The notes below the pieces were generated by a model. That model made no database searches. It was not told the DNA's origin and saw only the letters and a list, made by a program, of their open reading frames with translations. Below are positions 38,247-48,257 of a stretch of DNA of 57,045 nucleotides, piece by piece (positions within the stretch are counted from its first letter, which is position 1; every line of letters starts with the position of its first letter). The DNA lies in contig CAZALI010000005.1 in NCBI GenBank assembly GCA_964486215.1, positions 1 to 57,045 on the forward strand. The letters are read 5' to 3'. Position numbers and translations under genes: made by a program. Origin of the DNA: an uncultured Muribaculaceae bacterium. GTDB lineage: Bacteria > Bacillota_I > Bacilli_A > RF39 > UBA660.

Positions 38247-39329
38247 ATGGGTTTTGTTGATAAGATCAAGAATGCTTTATTCGAAGAAGTAGAAGAAGAA
38301 GTAGAAGAAAAGCCTGAAAAACCTAAAAAAGAAAAAGTTAAGAAAAATTCTGTAAGAGATAAATTAATAAGAAGAGAAAAAGAAAAAGCTAAAGAGAGAG
38401 AAAAAGCTAAAGAAAAGCCTGAAAAGCCAATAGCTCAGAAAGTAGTATTAGATGATACTATGGATGAGAGAGTTGATTATCATGAACTAAGAGATGAAGA
38501 TTTTGATATAAAGCCTCTACAAGATGAGGAAGAAGTAGAAGAAAAAGAAGAGGAACAAGTAGAATCAAAGCCTACATTTACAGTAATTGATGAAAGTGAC
38601 TTAATAGTTGATGATTATGTAGAAGAAAAACCTCTTATAGAAACAAGCAATAATGAGAAAAAAGAGAATTTTGATTATTACGAAGAAAATAAACCATATG
38701 GCATAAATAAAGATAATAATATTAAAATGCATGAGTATGGAGCAATCGCTAAACAAGAAGAAAAATCTATATTTAGACCATCACCAATAATTTCTCCTAT
38801 ATATGGAATACTTGATAAGAACTATAAGAAAGAAGATATTGTTAATAAAAAAGACGTTCTTATTACTAGCAGTTATGATAGAAGAAGATTATCTGTAGAT
38901 GATGTTAGAAAGAAAGCTTATGGTACTATTTCTGATGACTTAGTAGATGATATGGATAAAGACGTTCCTACTAAAGAAGTTAAAGAAGAAGAGAAGAAAG
39001 ATGATGACAACGTACTTGTAGATTTAAGTGATGATAATAAAAAACCTACAGTAGATGAAGTTACTATGGGGGACGCAGAAGAGTATTATGATGATTTAGG
39101 TCTTGAGTATAATGTTGACTATGTAGATTCTGCTAAAGGTAAACATGTTAAAGAAACTAAAGAAGAAGAAAAAGAAAGTAAGGTAGAAGAAAAACCTAAG
39201 AAAGAAAAGAAAGCAGAAGAGAAGAAAGTAGAAGAAAAGAAAGAAAGTAAAGAAAAAGAAGATACAATAGATGACGATGATGATAACTTATTTGATTTAA
39301 TTGATTCTATGTATCAAGAAAAGGAGTAA
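38247..39329 (+). CDS. Acidic low-complexity protein with an SftA N-terminal-like motif
   Basis: E/D/K-rich; contains FRPSPIISPIYG; lies upstream of ytxG/ytxH. Confidence 0.65.
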   Translation: MGFVDKIKNALFEEVEEEVEEKPEKPKKEKVKKNSVRDKLIRREKEKAKEREKAKEKPEKPIAQKVVLDDTMDERVDYHELRDEDFDIKPLQDEEEVEEKEEEQVESKPTFTVIDESDLIVDDYVEEKPLIETSNNEKKENFDYYEENKPYGINKDNNIKMHEYGAIAKQEEKSIFRPSPIISPIYGILDKNYKKEDIVNKKDVLITSSYDRRRLSVDDVRKKAYGTISDDLVDDMDKDVPTKEVKEEEKKDDDNVLVDLSDDNKKPTVDEVTMGDAEEYYDDLGLEYNVDYVDSAKGKHVKETKEEEKESKVEEKPKKEKKAEEKKVEEKKESKEKEDTIDDDDDNLFDLIDSMYQEKE

Positions 39330-39331
39330 TT

Positions 39332-39622
39332 ATGATAGATATTAATGTTTTCTTACCTATGCTATTATATATAGCTGGTCTTGTATTACTTATTGTTTTG
39401 ATTGTACTTGCAGTAAAATGTATTAGTGTTGTTGATAAGTGCGATAAAATACTTGAAAACTTAGATGAAAAAGTTAATTCTTTAAATGGTGCATTTAATG
39501 TCGTTAACAGAATTAGTAATGGTGTTGGTTTAATTGGAGACAAGATAGTAGATTCTGCTAATGGTTTTGTTGAAAAAATAATTAATAAGAAAAATGGAGA
39601 GGAGTATGATGATTATGAGTAA
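39332..39622 (+). CDS. YtxG/DUF948-like membrane protein
   Basis: N-terminal TM segment plus amphipathic helix; precedes the YtxH-like gene. Confidence 0.7.
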   Translation: MIDINVFLPMLLYIAGLVLLIVLIVLAVKCISVVDKCDKILENLDEKVNSLNGAFNVVNRISNGVGLIGDKIVDSANGFVEKIINKKNGEEYDDYE

Positions 39623-40034
39623 AAGAGGAGGACTTGGAAAGCTTTTATTTGGAGCTGCTATAGGATTAGGAGCTGGACTTCTTTTATCACCTAAGACTGG
39701 TGAAGAGAATAGAAAAGCTCTAAAGAAGAAATTTGATGAATTAAAGGATGAAGTATCAAAGATTGATAAGGAAGAATTAAAAGTTAAATTCCAAGATAAG
39801 ATTTTAGAATTACAAGATGATCTTGAAGGATTAGATAAAGAAAAAGTTTATGATTTGGCAGTTAAAGAAGGAAAAGCTATTAAGAAGAAAGCAGAAGAAT
39901 TGACTGCTTTGGCTATAGAAAAAGGAACTCCAGTTATGGAAGATACTGCAGAAGCTTTAAGATTAAAGGCAGTTGCTGTTACTAAAGATGTTTTAAAGAA
40001 ATTAGAAGCTGCTGATAAAAAAGATAAAAAGTAA
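39615..40034 (+). CDS. YtxH-domain protein
   Basis: LLFGAAIGLGAGLLLSPKTGEENRK. Confidence 0.9.
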   Translation: MSKRGGLGKLLFGAAIGLGAGLLLSPKTGEENRKALKKKFDELKDEVSKIDKEELKVKFQDKILELQDDLEGLDKEKVYDLAVKEGKAIKKKAEELTALAIEKGTPVMEDTAEALRLKAVAVTKDVLKKLEAADKKDKK

Positions 40035-40068
40035 TTACAAATATCTAAATTTATGATAAAATACTATT

Positions 40069-40273
40069 AATTTTCAGTGATTAGTAATTAGTAATAATTA
40101 TTATGTTGTTTAGAGACTTAGTGGTTGGTGAAAACTAAGATATTAATACTTATGAAATACATACTATGAGAAAAATCGTTAATCGCGTTAAGATTTAGAG
40201 ATAGTAAATTGACTATAAATTAAGGTGGTACCACGATTGATTCGTCCTTATCTTATTTGTAGTCTTTTTGTTT
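40069..40273 (+). promoter_or_regulatory. T-box riboswitch (Tyr; specifier UAC at 40158-40160)
   Basis: AGTA, AGAGA, GGTTGGTGAAA, GAAATACA, GCGTTA, AAGGTGGTACCACG...TCGTCCTT. Confidence 0.94.
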
Positions 40274-40286
40274 ATAGGAGGCAAAT

Positions 40287-41513
40287 ATGACTTTATATGA
40301 AGATTTAAAATGGAGAGGATTAATTCAAGATATTAGTAGTCCTGAATTAATTGATAAACTTAATCGTGGCGGTATGACTTTTTATATAGGGACTGATCCT
40401 ACTGCTGATTCTATGCATATTGGGCATTATTCATCATTTTTAATATCTAAAAGATTAGCTAAAGCAGGACATAAACCTTTATTATTAGTAGGTGGAGCTA
40501 CTGGATTAATTGGAGATCCTAAACCAGATAGTGAAAGACCTATGATTTCTAAAGAAGAAGTAGAAAAGAATATTAAAGGTCTAACTGAACAAGCTCATAA
40601 GATATTTGGTTTTGAAGTAGTTAATAACTATGATTGGACTAAAGATCTTAATGTACTTGATTTCTTAAGAGATTATGGAAAATATATTAATATTAATTAT
40701 ATGCTTGCGAAAGATCATGTTAAGTCTAGAATGGATGTTGGTATTACTTATGCTGAATTTTCTTATATGATGTTACAAGCTATGGATTTTTATTACTTAT
40801 ATAAGAACTATAATTGTGAATTACAAGTGGCTGGTTCTGATCAATGGGGCAATATTACTACAGGTATAGATTTAATTAGAAAGAAATTAGATAAAGAGGC
40901 ATATGGAATGGTTATGCCACTTGTATTAGATGCTCAAGGTAAGAAATTTGGTAAGACTGAAGGAAATGCTTTATGGTTAGATGAAGCAAAGACTTCTTCT
41001 TATGAGTTATATCAATATTTGATTAACTTAGATGATTCTATGATTATTGACTATTTAAAGAAATTAACTTTCTTATCACGTGAAGAAATAGAAGAAATAG
41101 AGAAAGAGAATAGTCTTAATCCAGAAAAGAGAATTGCTCATAAAGCTTTAGCTCGTGAAATTATTACAGATTTACATGGCAAAGAAAGTTATGAAAGAGC
41201 TGTTAAGATAAGTGAATCATTATTTAGTGGATATATTTCTAATTTTACAGAGCAAGAAATATTAGATGCTTTTAAAGGATTAGAACCATTTAATATAAAA
41301 GAAGATATTAATGTAGTAGATTTACTTGTAGATAATAATATTTGTTCTAGTAAGAGAGAAGCTCGTGAATTTATTAATAATTCTTCTATTACTATTAATG
41401 GAAATAAGGTTACTGATACTAATATGGTTATTAGTAAGAATAATTGTTTATACGATAAATATTTAATTGTACGTAGAGGTAAGAAAAAATACTATATTGG
41501 TATGTATAATTAA
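40287..41513 (+). CDS. tyrS: Tyrosine--tRNA ligase
   Basis: GTDPTADSMHIGH, QVAGSDQWGNI, KFGKT and an S4-like C-terminus. Confidence 0.98.
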   Translation: MTLYEDLKWRGLIQDISSPELIDKLNRGGMTFYIGTDPTADSMHIGHYSSFLISKRLAKAGHKPLLLVGGATGLIGDPKPDSERPMISKEEVEKNIKGLTEQAHKIFGFEVVNNYDWTKDLNVLDFLRDYGKYININYMLAKDHVKSRMDVGITYAEFSYMMLQAMDFYYLYKNYNCELQVAGSDQWGNITTGIDLIRKKLDKEAYGMVMPLVLDAQGKKFGKTEGNALWLDEAKTSSYELYQYLINLDDSMIIDYLKKLTFLSREEIEEIEKENSLNPEKRIAHKALAREIITDLHGKESYERAVKISESLFSGYISNFTEQEILDAFKGLEPFNIKEDINVVDLLVDNNICSSKREAREFINNSSITINGNKVTDTNMVISKNNCLYDKYLIVRRGKKKYYIGMYN

Positions 41514-41591
41514 CATTATTTTACAAGGAAAGTATATAAAATATATCTTTCTTTTTTTATTTTTGATAAAATTAAAGTGGAGATGAATCGT

Positions 41592-42752
41592 ATGAAGCAT
41601 AATACTAGTACTTTAAAATATGTTATATATATAATATTATTTATATTATTTATTGAGTTGTGTTATGCATTATATGGATTCTTGTTTGCGAAGAAGAATA
41701 ATATTTATTTTGATGGTATTAATACTTACAAATATATGGATTCTAATTATATAGCTGTTGGTAGTAATAATAATAATGATAAATACTATGAAAAAGCTAA
41801 ACTTAGTATTTTTGATAAAGATTTAAATAAGATGAAAGAGAAACTATATAATAAAGGTTATAATAGTACTTTTTATGATGTTATTAAAGATGAAGATAAT
41901 TATATAGTAGTTGGTTCATATGAAGCTACTAGAAATGATCATTTAATGAAGAATAGAAGAGGAATGATAGTTAAATATGATAAAGATGATAATATTGTTT
42001 TTGAAAAAGAACTTTCTCATTTAGCTAATTCTTCTATTACAGCTATAAAGTTAGTAAAAGATGGTTATATAGTATGTGGAAATAGTAATTATAGCTCTAA
42101 TAATATTACTAATACTAATGCTGGGGGAGCTTATTTAATTAAATATAGTAAAGATGGTAAAGTTATTTGGGAAAGAAATATTGGAGATAAATCTAGTGCT
42201 AAATTTAATGATTTTATTATAGTAGATAATTATATATTCGCAGTAGGTATTAATAATATAAATGTTGGATTAATAGTTAAATATGATATAAATGGTAATT
42301 TTCTTACTAGTTATGATTATAGAAATACTGATAATCTAGGATTTAGTAATGTTGTTTATAGAGATGGATATGCATATGTATGTGGTTGTAAAAAAACTGA
42401 AAAGAGTAGTAAAGGTTTAATAGTTAGATTTGATGATAACTTAGGTTTTGTTGATGAAAAAGTATATAATGAGAATAATTCTAGATACAATAAATTATTA
42501 TTTGATGAGGATCATTTGATAGTAATAGGTACTGTTGATAAAGATGATTATGATGGCATTATTGGTAAGTATAATGATGATTTAAGTGAAATAGATATAG
42601 TTAAATATGGTGATGAAGAAGATGACTACTTTACTGATGTTAAGATAATTGATAATAAATATGTTGTTGTAGGCTATTCTTCATATGAAGATAGTTTGCT
42701 TACTAAGTTTATCTATTATAGTGATGCTTTAAAAGTATTGGAGGTAAAATAG
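41592..42752 (+). CDS. Membrane-anchored beta-propeller-like repeat protein
   Basis: TM segment, then about 7 repeats of (Y/I)xx(V/C/I)G...IxKYD. Confidence 0.7.
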   Translation: MKHNTSTLKYVIYIILFILFIELCYALYGFLFAKKNNIYFDGINTYKYMDSNYIAVGSNNNNDKYYEKAKLSIFDKDLNKMKEKLYNKGYNSTFYDVIKDEDNYIVVGSYEATRNDHLMKNRRGMIVKYDKDDNIVFEKELSHLANSSITAIKLVKDGYIVCGNSNYSSNNITNTNAGGAYLIKYSKDGKVIWERNIGDKSSAKFNDFIIVDNYIFAVGINNINVGLIVKYDINGNFLTSYDYRNTDNLGFSNVVYRDGYAYVCGCKKTEKSSKGLIVRFDDNLGFVDEKVYNENNSRYNKLLFDEDHLIVIGTVDKDDYDGIIGKYNDDLSEIDIVKYGDEEDDYFTDVKIIDNKYVVVGYSSYEDSLLTKFIYYSDALKVLEVK

Positions 42753-43300
42753 TGTATATTACTCTAGTTAGACATGCTGAGACTTTTTCTAATGAAGATA
42801 ATAAGATGGCTGGTTTTAATAATAGTAAGTTATCTAGACGTGGAGTTAATAATGCTTTGATGTTAAAAAGTGAAATTAAAAATGAAAAGTATGATTTATG
42901 TTATATGTCACCATTAGCTAGATGTGTTGAGACAGCTATGATATTAATTGGAGATAGAGTATTAACTAAAGTTGATGACAGATTAATTGAGAGAGATATA
43001 GGTGAATTTAGTAGTAAGAGTCAAAAAAAATATGACAAGAAGAAGTATTGGGAGTATAATTTAAATAGTAATGATAGTGGAGTAGAGAGAATACAAGATG
43101 TATTTAAGCGATGTGAAGATTTTTTAGACGATGCTATTAAGAATAATAAAGATATAATGATTGTTTCACATGAAGCTGTTATTAGATGTATGCATCACTT
43201 ACTTCATAAAACAGATTTGAATAGTGATTTAACAAAGATTGATATACCTAATTGTTATATAGAAAAGATAGAGGTGAAAAAATGGAAGACGAATATCTAA
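42752..43300 (+). CDS. Histidine phosphatase (PGM-like) family protein
   Basis: LVRHAET, SPLARC, RLIERDIG, IVSH. Confidence 0.92.
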   Translation: MYITLVRHAETFSNEDNKMAGFNNSKLSRRGVNNALMLKSEIKNEKYDLCYMSPLARCVETAMILIGDRVLTKVDDRLIERDIGEFSSKSQKKYDKKKYWEYNLNSNDSGVERIQDVFKRCEDFLDDAIKNNKDIMIVSHEAVIRCMHHLLHKTDLNSDLTKIDIPNCYIEKIEVKKWKTNI

Positions 43301-44046
43301 AAGTATACTTAGATAATATTAAACAAGGCATGCAGAATAATAAACAAGTTGATTTGCCAGATGAATTTATAGCTGAACTTTACGAAAAATATGCTGGTAA
43401 AAATAATATTAATCAGCATGAAATCGTTGATTTAATTCAAAGAGATATTCAAAAGTATTTAGGTGAAGATGAAACAGTTGCTATTGGTAAAGAAGAAAAG
43501 CCTAAAGAAGGAAATGTGCCTAAAGAAAGAGCTGATACAGTACAAGTACAAGAAGCTACTTTAGCTGGAATAGCTACAGCTAAAACTCCAGAAGAGTTAC
43601 AAAGTATAATTTCTGTTATACCTAATATGGATGTAAGATTAAAAGATTTAGATTTAGGTGATGATGAGTTTAATAATATTAAGCGTGGAGTATTTGAATT
43701 ATATAAAGATAAATTATCTAGATCAAATTTTGATATTTCTTCTTTAAAGAATATAAAGATAGAAAATTATAATCAAATTGATGATTTAAAGGCACCTGAA
43801 GTTGAACCTAATAAGGTTCAAAAAAATGATGATGTAATACACAATACAGAACAAAAAGACTTAAATATTATGTTTAATGATGTTAAAGTTAACGTTAGTC
43901 AGAAAAAAGAGCAAATTAAAGAGACTGATAAAGTACTTATGAAGACTCCTAAGGAGCAAGGTTTTGCTTATTCACCAGCTATTAATATAATGATACTTTT
44001 ATTATTATTTGCATTCTTTATTATTGCTGCATTAGCGCTTGCATAA
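43282..44046 (+). CDS. Hypothetical protein with a C-terminal membrane anchor
   Basis: Soluble acidic body ending KVLMKTPKEQGFAY plus a hydrophobic helix. Confidence 0.75.
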   Translation: MEDEYLKVYLDNIKQGMQNNKQVDLPDEFIAELYEKYAGKNNINQHEIVDLIQRDIQKYLGEDETVAIGKEEKPKEGNVPKERADTVQVQEATLAGIATAKTPEELQSIISVIPNMDVRLKDLDLGDDEFNNIKRGVFELYKDKLSRSNFDISSLKNIKIENYNQIDDLKAPEVEPNKVQKNDDVIHNTEQKDLNIMFNDVKVNVSQKKEQIKETDKVLMKTPKEQGFAYSPAINIMILLLLFAFFIIAALALA

Positions 44047-44073
44047 AAAAAAGAACTTTTTAGTTCTTTTTTT
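44045..44073. terminator. Bidirectional terminator
   Basis: A-tract-GAACT / AGTTC-T-tract between convergent genes. Confidence 0.75.
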
Positions 44074-44674
44074 ATTTATTATAGAATTCAACTATTAGTG
44101 ATTCGTTAAAGTCAGCATTTAATTCATTTCTTTCTGGTAATCTAACATATGTTGCTTGTTTCTTGTTTTCATCATAACTAATGAAATCTAATCTCTTAGT
44201 TATTTTTTCAAGTGCTTCATTAACTACTTTTAAGTTTAAGTCTTTTTCTCTTAATGAGATAACATCTCCTGGCTTACATCTGTAAGATGGGATATCTACT
44301 TTCTTACCATTAACAGTAATATGTCCGTGGTTAACTAATTGTCTAGCACCACGACGAGTAGAAGCAAAACCTGCACGATAAGTTAAGTTATCTAGACGAG
44401 ATTCTAGTAATCTTAAGAAGTTAGTACCATGAATTCCTTCTAGTTTCTTAGCTTCGTCAAAAGTTTTTCTTAATTGTCTTTCACTTAAACCATAAGTAAA
44501 TCTTACTTTTTGCTTTTCTTTTAACTGAGTACCATAGTCTGATAATTTACCATGACGATCTGCTCCGTGTTGTCCTGGACGATTAGGACGACGAGTTAAT
44601 TCTTTTCCGCTTTCAGTAGTAGAAAGTCCAACACTACGAGATCTCTTGTATTCAGATCCAGTATATCTAGACAT
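44072..44674 (-). CDS. rpsD: 30S ribosomal protein S4
   Basis: [39 protein letters not shown]. Confidence 0.99.
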   Translation of the reverse strand: MSRYTGSEYKRSRSVGLSTTESGKELTRRPNRPGQHGADRHGKLSDYGTQLKEKQKVRFTYGLSERQLRKTFDEAKKLEGIHGTNFLRLLESRLDNLTYRAGFASTRRGARQLVNHGHITVNGKKVDIPSYRCKPGDVISLREKDLNLKVVNEALEKITKRLDFISYDENKKQATYVRLPERNELNADFNESLIVEFYNK

Positions 44675-44679
44675 AATAT

Positions 44680-44818
44680 TCCTCCTTCCATTATTTTACA
44701 AATCAATGAAATGATTTAGCCAAGTTTTAGGGAGTTTTCTTTCACTAATAACAGCACTCGCTACTTAAATAAAAAACACATTAAAACTTTCTAAACCTGC
44801 TGTTTCAAGGAATTGCAC
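44680..44818 (-). promoter_or_regulatory. rpsD leader, probable S4-binding autoregulatory RNA
   Basis: About 140-nt 5' UTR reading GTGCA..CCTTGAAACAGCAGG..GCTG..GGCT..GTAAAATAA..AAGGAGG, resembling Bacilli S4 leaders. Confidence 0.7.
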
Positions 44819-44823
44819 TATAT

Positions 44824-44852
44824 ATTATATGGGAAAAGCTTATTATTGTCAA
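44824..44852 (-). promoter_or_regulatory. Consensus sigma-A promoter of rpsD
   Basis: On the minus strand: TTGACA (44852-44847), 17 nt, TATAAT (44829-44824). Confidence 0.85.
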
Positions 44853-44935
44853 TTTTTATATTACTAAATAACTAAAAATAGTGGAAAATTATCTTGATAG
44901 TGTGGTAAAATGTATTTAAGATTGGAGTGGTATCT

Positions 44936-46648
44936 ATGCAAGGACAATTACTTATTATTGGATCAGCTGTTGTATTAGCTTTAGTTATTGTTATAGTTAT
45001 ACTTCATATAGTTAGAAAAATAGAATCTAAGTACTATAAAAACCAAGTAAAAGAATTAGAAATAGAGAGAAATCAGGTAGCTTCTACTCCTGTTCTTTTG
45101 GAGTTATCTAAAGTAGAACCAATTATTAAGAATGATATGATGGAAGAAAAGTATAATAGTTGGCAAGATAGATTTACTGATATTAAAGAGAATAAATTAA
45201 CTATTATAGATGACATGTTATTAGACTTAGATGTTTATGTCGATAAAAGAGATTATAAAAATTGTGGAGCTAGAATAGCTAAAATAGAGTTAGAAATATA
45301 CAAAGTAAGAGAAGCTGCGAATGCACTACTTGATGAAATTAAAGATATTACTTTAAGTGAAGAAAAGTATAGATCTATAGTTATTAAATTAAAGACTAAG
45401 TATAGAGAATTAAATACTAAATTTAATGATAATAAAGATATTTATGAAGAATTAGCTGATTCTGTTTCTCTACAACTTGAAAATATAGAGAATAAGTTCT
45501 TAGACTTTGAAAAAGTAATGGAAAAGAATGACTATACAGAAGTAGTTAATATAGTTAGAGCTCTTGATACAATGATTTCTCATATAGAAGTTATTATTAA
45601 TGAGATGCCTGATGTATTACTTATGGCTAGACAAGTATTACCTAAGAGAATTAATGAAGTTGAGACTACATATAAAGATATGGTTAAACAAGGATATCCT
45701 CTTGATTACTTGAATATTGATTATAATATTAAAGAATCTCGTAAGAATATTGATTCTATTATAGAAAAAGTTAAGATGTTGAACCTAGAAAACTGTATGT
45801 TTGATTTGAAGACTATGTTAAATTATTATGATTCTTTATTTATAGATTTTGAAAAAGAAAGATTATCTAAGAAAGCTTATGATGAAGAACTAAATGATTA
45901 TAAAAAGAGAATTAATAGAGTTAATAAACAAGTAAAGAGTGTGGTTGATAACTTGGATAATATTAAAAATACTTATAATCTTAGTGAAGATGATATTAAT
46001 GATATTAATGAAGCAGATAAAGTACTTGTTGTGATTAATGATGATTATAAGAAATTACTTCTTAAAGATGAAGCTAAAGCTACTTCATACTCTTTATTAC
46101 AAGAAGAATTACTTTCTCTATCTCAAAGACTTAGCGAAATGGAAGATAGTTTTAATAGAACATTAAAATCACTTGGAAATATGTATGATGATGAAGAAAG
46201 AGCTAGAGAACAATTAACTGAGATAGAAGAATTCTTAAAACAATCTAAGAATAGAATTCATAGTTATAAATTACCTGTCATTACGGATGCATATTTTATT
46301 CAATTAGAAGAAGCTAATGATGCGATTGAAGAAGTTATTAATGAATTAAAGAAAAAACCTATTGAGATTGAAACTTTAAATACTAGAGTAGATACAGCCA
46401 GAGACTTAGTATTAAAACTATATAATACGACTAATGAACTTATTAAGACAGCTAGAATGGCTGAAGTTAGTATAGTATATGGAAATAGATATAGATCTAA
46501 TTATAAAGATGTTAATAGAGGATTATTAAAATCAGAAGAATATTTCTTTAGAGGAGACTATAAGAATAGTCTTGATTATGCTATTAAGTCTATTCAATTA
46601 GTTGATAAAGACATATATCAAAAACTATTAAGTGTTTATGATAAGTAG
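44936..46648 (+). CDS. ezrA: Septation ring regulator EzrA
   Basis: N-terminal TM segment, long coiled coil, IVYGNRYR patch; divergent from rpsD. Confidence 0.93.
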   Translation: MQGQLLIIGSAVVLALVIVIVILHIVRKIESKYYKNQVKELEIERNQVASTPVLLELSKVEPIIKNDMMEEKYNSWQDRFTDIKENKLTIIDDMLLDLDVYVDKRDYKNCGARIAKIELEIYKVREAANALLDEIKDITLSEEKYRSIVIKLKTKYRELNTKFNDNKDIYEELADSVSLQLENIENKFLDFEKVMEKNDYTEVVNIVRALDTMISHIEVIINEMPDVLLMARQVLPKRINEVETTYKDMVKQGYPLDYLNIDYNIKESRKNIDSIIEKVKMLNLENCMFDLKTMLNYYDSLFIDFEKERLSKKAYDEELNDYKKRINRVNKQVKSVVDNLDNIKNTYNLSEDDINDINEADKVLVVINDDYKKLLLKDEAKATSYSLLQEELLSLSQRLSEMEDSFNRTLKSLGNMYDDEERAREQLTEIEEFLKQSKNRIHSYKLPVITDAYFIQLEEANDAIEEVINELKKKPIEIETLNTRVDTARDLVLKLYNTTNELIKTARMAEVSIVYGNRYRSNYKDVNRGLLKSEEYFFRGDYKNSLDYAIKSIQLVDKDIYQKLLSVYDK

Positions 46649-46693
46649 TTTTACTTATCTTTTTTTTGTGTTAAAATATGTCTGGTGATTTTT

Positions 46694-47875
46694 ATGGATA
46701 AAATTATATTAATTAAGTATGGGGAATTAAGTACTAAGAAAGATAATAGAAATTTCTTTATAAATACTTTATATAGTAATATTAAAAATAAATTAAATAG
46801 TTTTGACGTCAAAATTTATAAAGATAGAGCTAGAATGTATATAGAGTTTTTAGATAAAGATTTAGATAATATTAAGTCTATTATAAACAAGATATTTGGT
46901 ATACAAGAATATGATATTGCTTATATATGTAATAGTAATATAGATGATATTAAAGATTTAGTACTAAATAGTGTTAAAAAAGAAAAGTTTAATACTTTTA
47001 AAGTTATAGTTAAAAGAAGTAATAAGTCTTTTGATATTCATTCTCAAGAGATGAATAATGTACTTGGAGGTTTAATTCTAAAAAATATTTCAGGTATTAG
47101 TGTAGATGTTCATAATCCTGATTTAACAGTACACGTAGAAATTAGAGATAAAAGTACATATGTTTATTTTAATAAATATATGGGAGCTGGTGGATATCCA
47201 GTAGGTACTCAACCTAGAGGATTATTAATGCTTAGTGGAGGAATAGATTCTCCTGTAGCTGGTTATTATGCTTTAAAAAGAGGTATACAAGTAGATTGTG
47301 TATACTTTGAAGCTATCCCTCATACTAGTTTAGAAGCTCGTGAAAAAGTAATTAATTTAGCTAAAAAGTTACTTAATTATACTAATAATATTAATTTATA
47401 CGTAGTTAATTTTACAGAGATACAAGAAGCTATATATAAAAATTGTAAAGACGAATATGTTATTACTATTATGAGAAGAATGATGTATAGAATAATGGAA
47501 AAATTATGTGATAAGTATGATGGTAAAGCTATTATTAATGGTGAATCTATTGGACAAGTTGCTTCTCAAACTTTAAATAGTATGAAATGTATTAATAGTG
47601 TTACTAATTTACCTGTTATTAGACCGCTAGCTTGTTTTGATAAATTAGAAATTATAGATGCAGCTCGTAAGTTAGATACTTATGATATTAGTATTCTACC
47701 ATATGAAGATTGTTGTACTGTATTTGTACCAAAACATCCTGTGATTAATCCTAGTATTAAAATATGTGAAGTAGAAGAAGCTAAATTTAATTATGAAGAG
47801 TTAATAAATAAGTGTATTGATAATATAAAAACTATCAATATTAGTAATAAAGATAGTTATGATGAATTGCTATAA
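46694..47875 (+). CDS. thiI: tRNA 4-thiouridine synthase
   Basis: KYGEL, THUMP domain, LSGGIDSPVA, GESIGQVASQT, PYEDCC. Confidence 0.96.
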   Translation: MDKIILIKYGELSTKKDNRNFFINTLYSNIKNKLNSFDVKIYKDRARMYIEFLDKDLDNIKSIINKIFGIQEYDIAYICNSNIDDIKDLVLNSVKKEKFNTFKVIVKRSNKSFDIHSQEMNNVLGGLILKNISGISVDVHNPDLTVHVEIRDKSTYVYFNKYMGAGGYPVGTQPRGLLMLSGGIDSPVAGYYALKRGIQVDCVYFEAIPHTSLEAREKVINLAKKLLNYTNNINLYVVNFTEIQEAIYKNCKDEYVITIMRRMMYRIMEKLCDKYDGKAIINGESIGQVASQTLNSMKCINSVTNLPVIRPLACFDKLEIIDAARKLDTYDISILPYEDCCTVFVPKHPVINPSIKICEVEEAKFNYEELINKCIDNIKTINISNKDSYDELL

Positions 47876-47888
47876 TAATCCGGTAATA

Positions 47889-47945
47889 AATGTAATGACA
47901 ATGTAATGAAAATGTGTTGACACTTTTCTCTGAATATATTATAAT
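47889..47945 (+). promoter_or_regulatory. Toxin-antitoxin operon promoter with three 11-bp tandem repeats (putative operator)
   Basis: AATGTAATGAC-AATGTAATGAA-AATGTGTTGAC; TTGACA (47917-47922), 17 nt, TATAAT (47940-47945). Confidence 0.75.
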
Positions 47946-47966
47946 CTTGTTGTGAGGAGTGATATT

Positions 47967-48257
47967 ATGGCTAGTATTTCTAATACTACTAATTTAAATG
48001 TTAGGGTTGATTCAACACTTAAAGAAGAGAGTGATATGTTATTTAAAAATCTAGGCTTAAATATGAGTACAGCAATAAATATGTTTTTAATTAAATGTGT
48101 TAAAACATCAAGTATTCCTTTTACTATAGAGGAACCTAAACCTAGTAAAGAATTAAAGAAAGCATTAAAAGAAGTAGATTATATGATAAAACATCCTGAT
48201 AAGTATAAAGCATATAATAGTGTAGATGAGTTATTTGAGGATTTAGATAATGATTAA
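47967..48257 (+). CDS. RelB/DinJ-family antitoxin
   Basis: LNVRVD..LK..LGLNMSTAINMFL..IPF, ending ELFEDL. Confidence 0.93.
   Translation: MASISNTTNLNVRVDSTLKEESDMLFKNLGLNMSTAINMFLIKCVKTSSIPFTIEEPKPSKELKKALKEVDYMIKHPDKYKAYNSVDELFEDLDND

Noticed and set aside
38281-39260. GAA/AAA-rich repeats as a repeat element
   Set aside because: Explained by Glu/Lys-rich low-complexity coding sequence.
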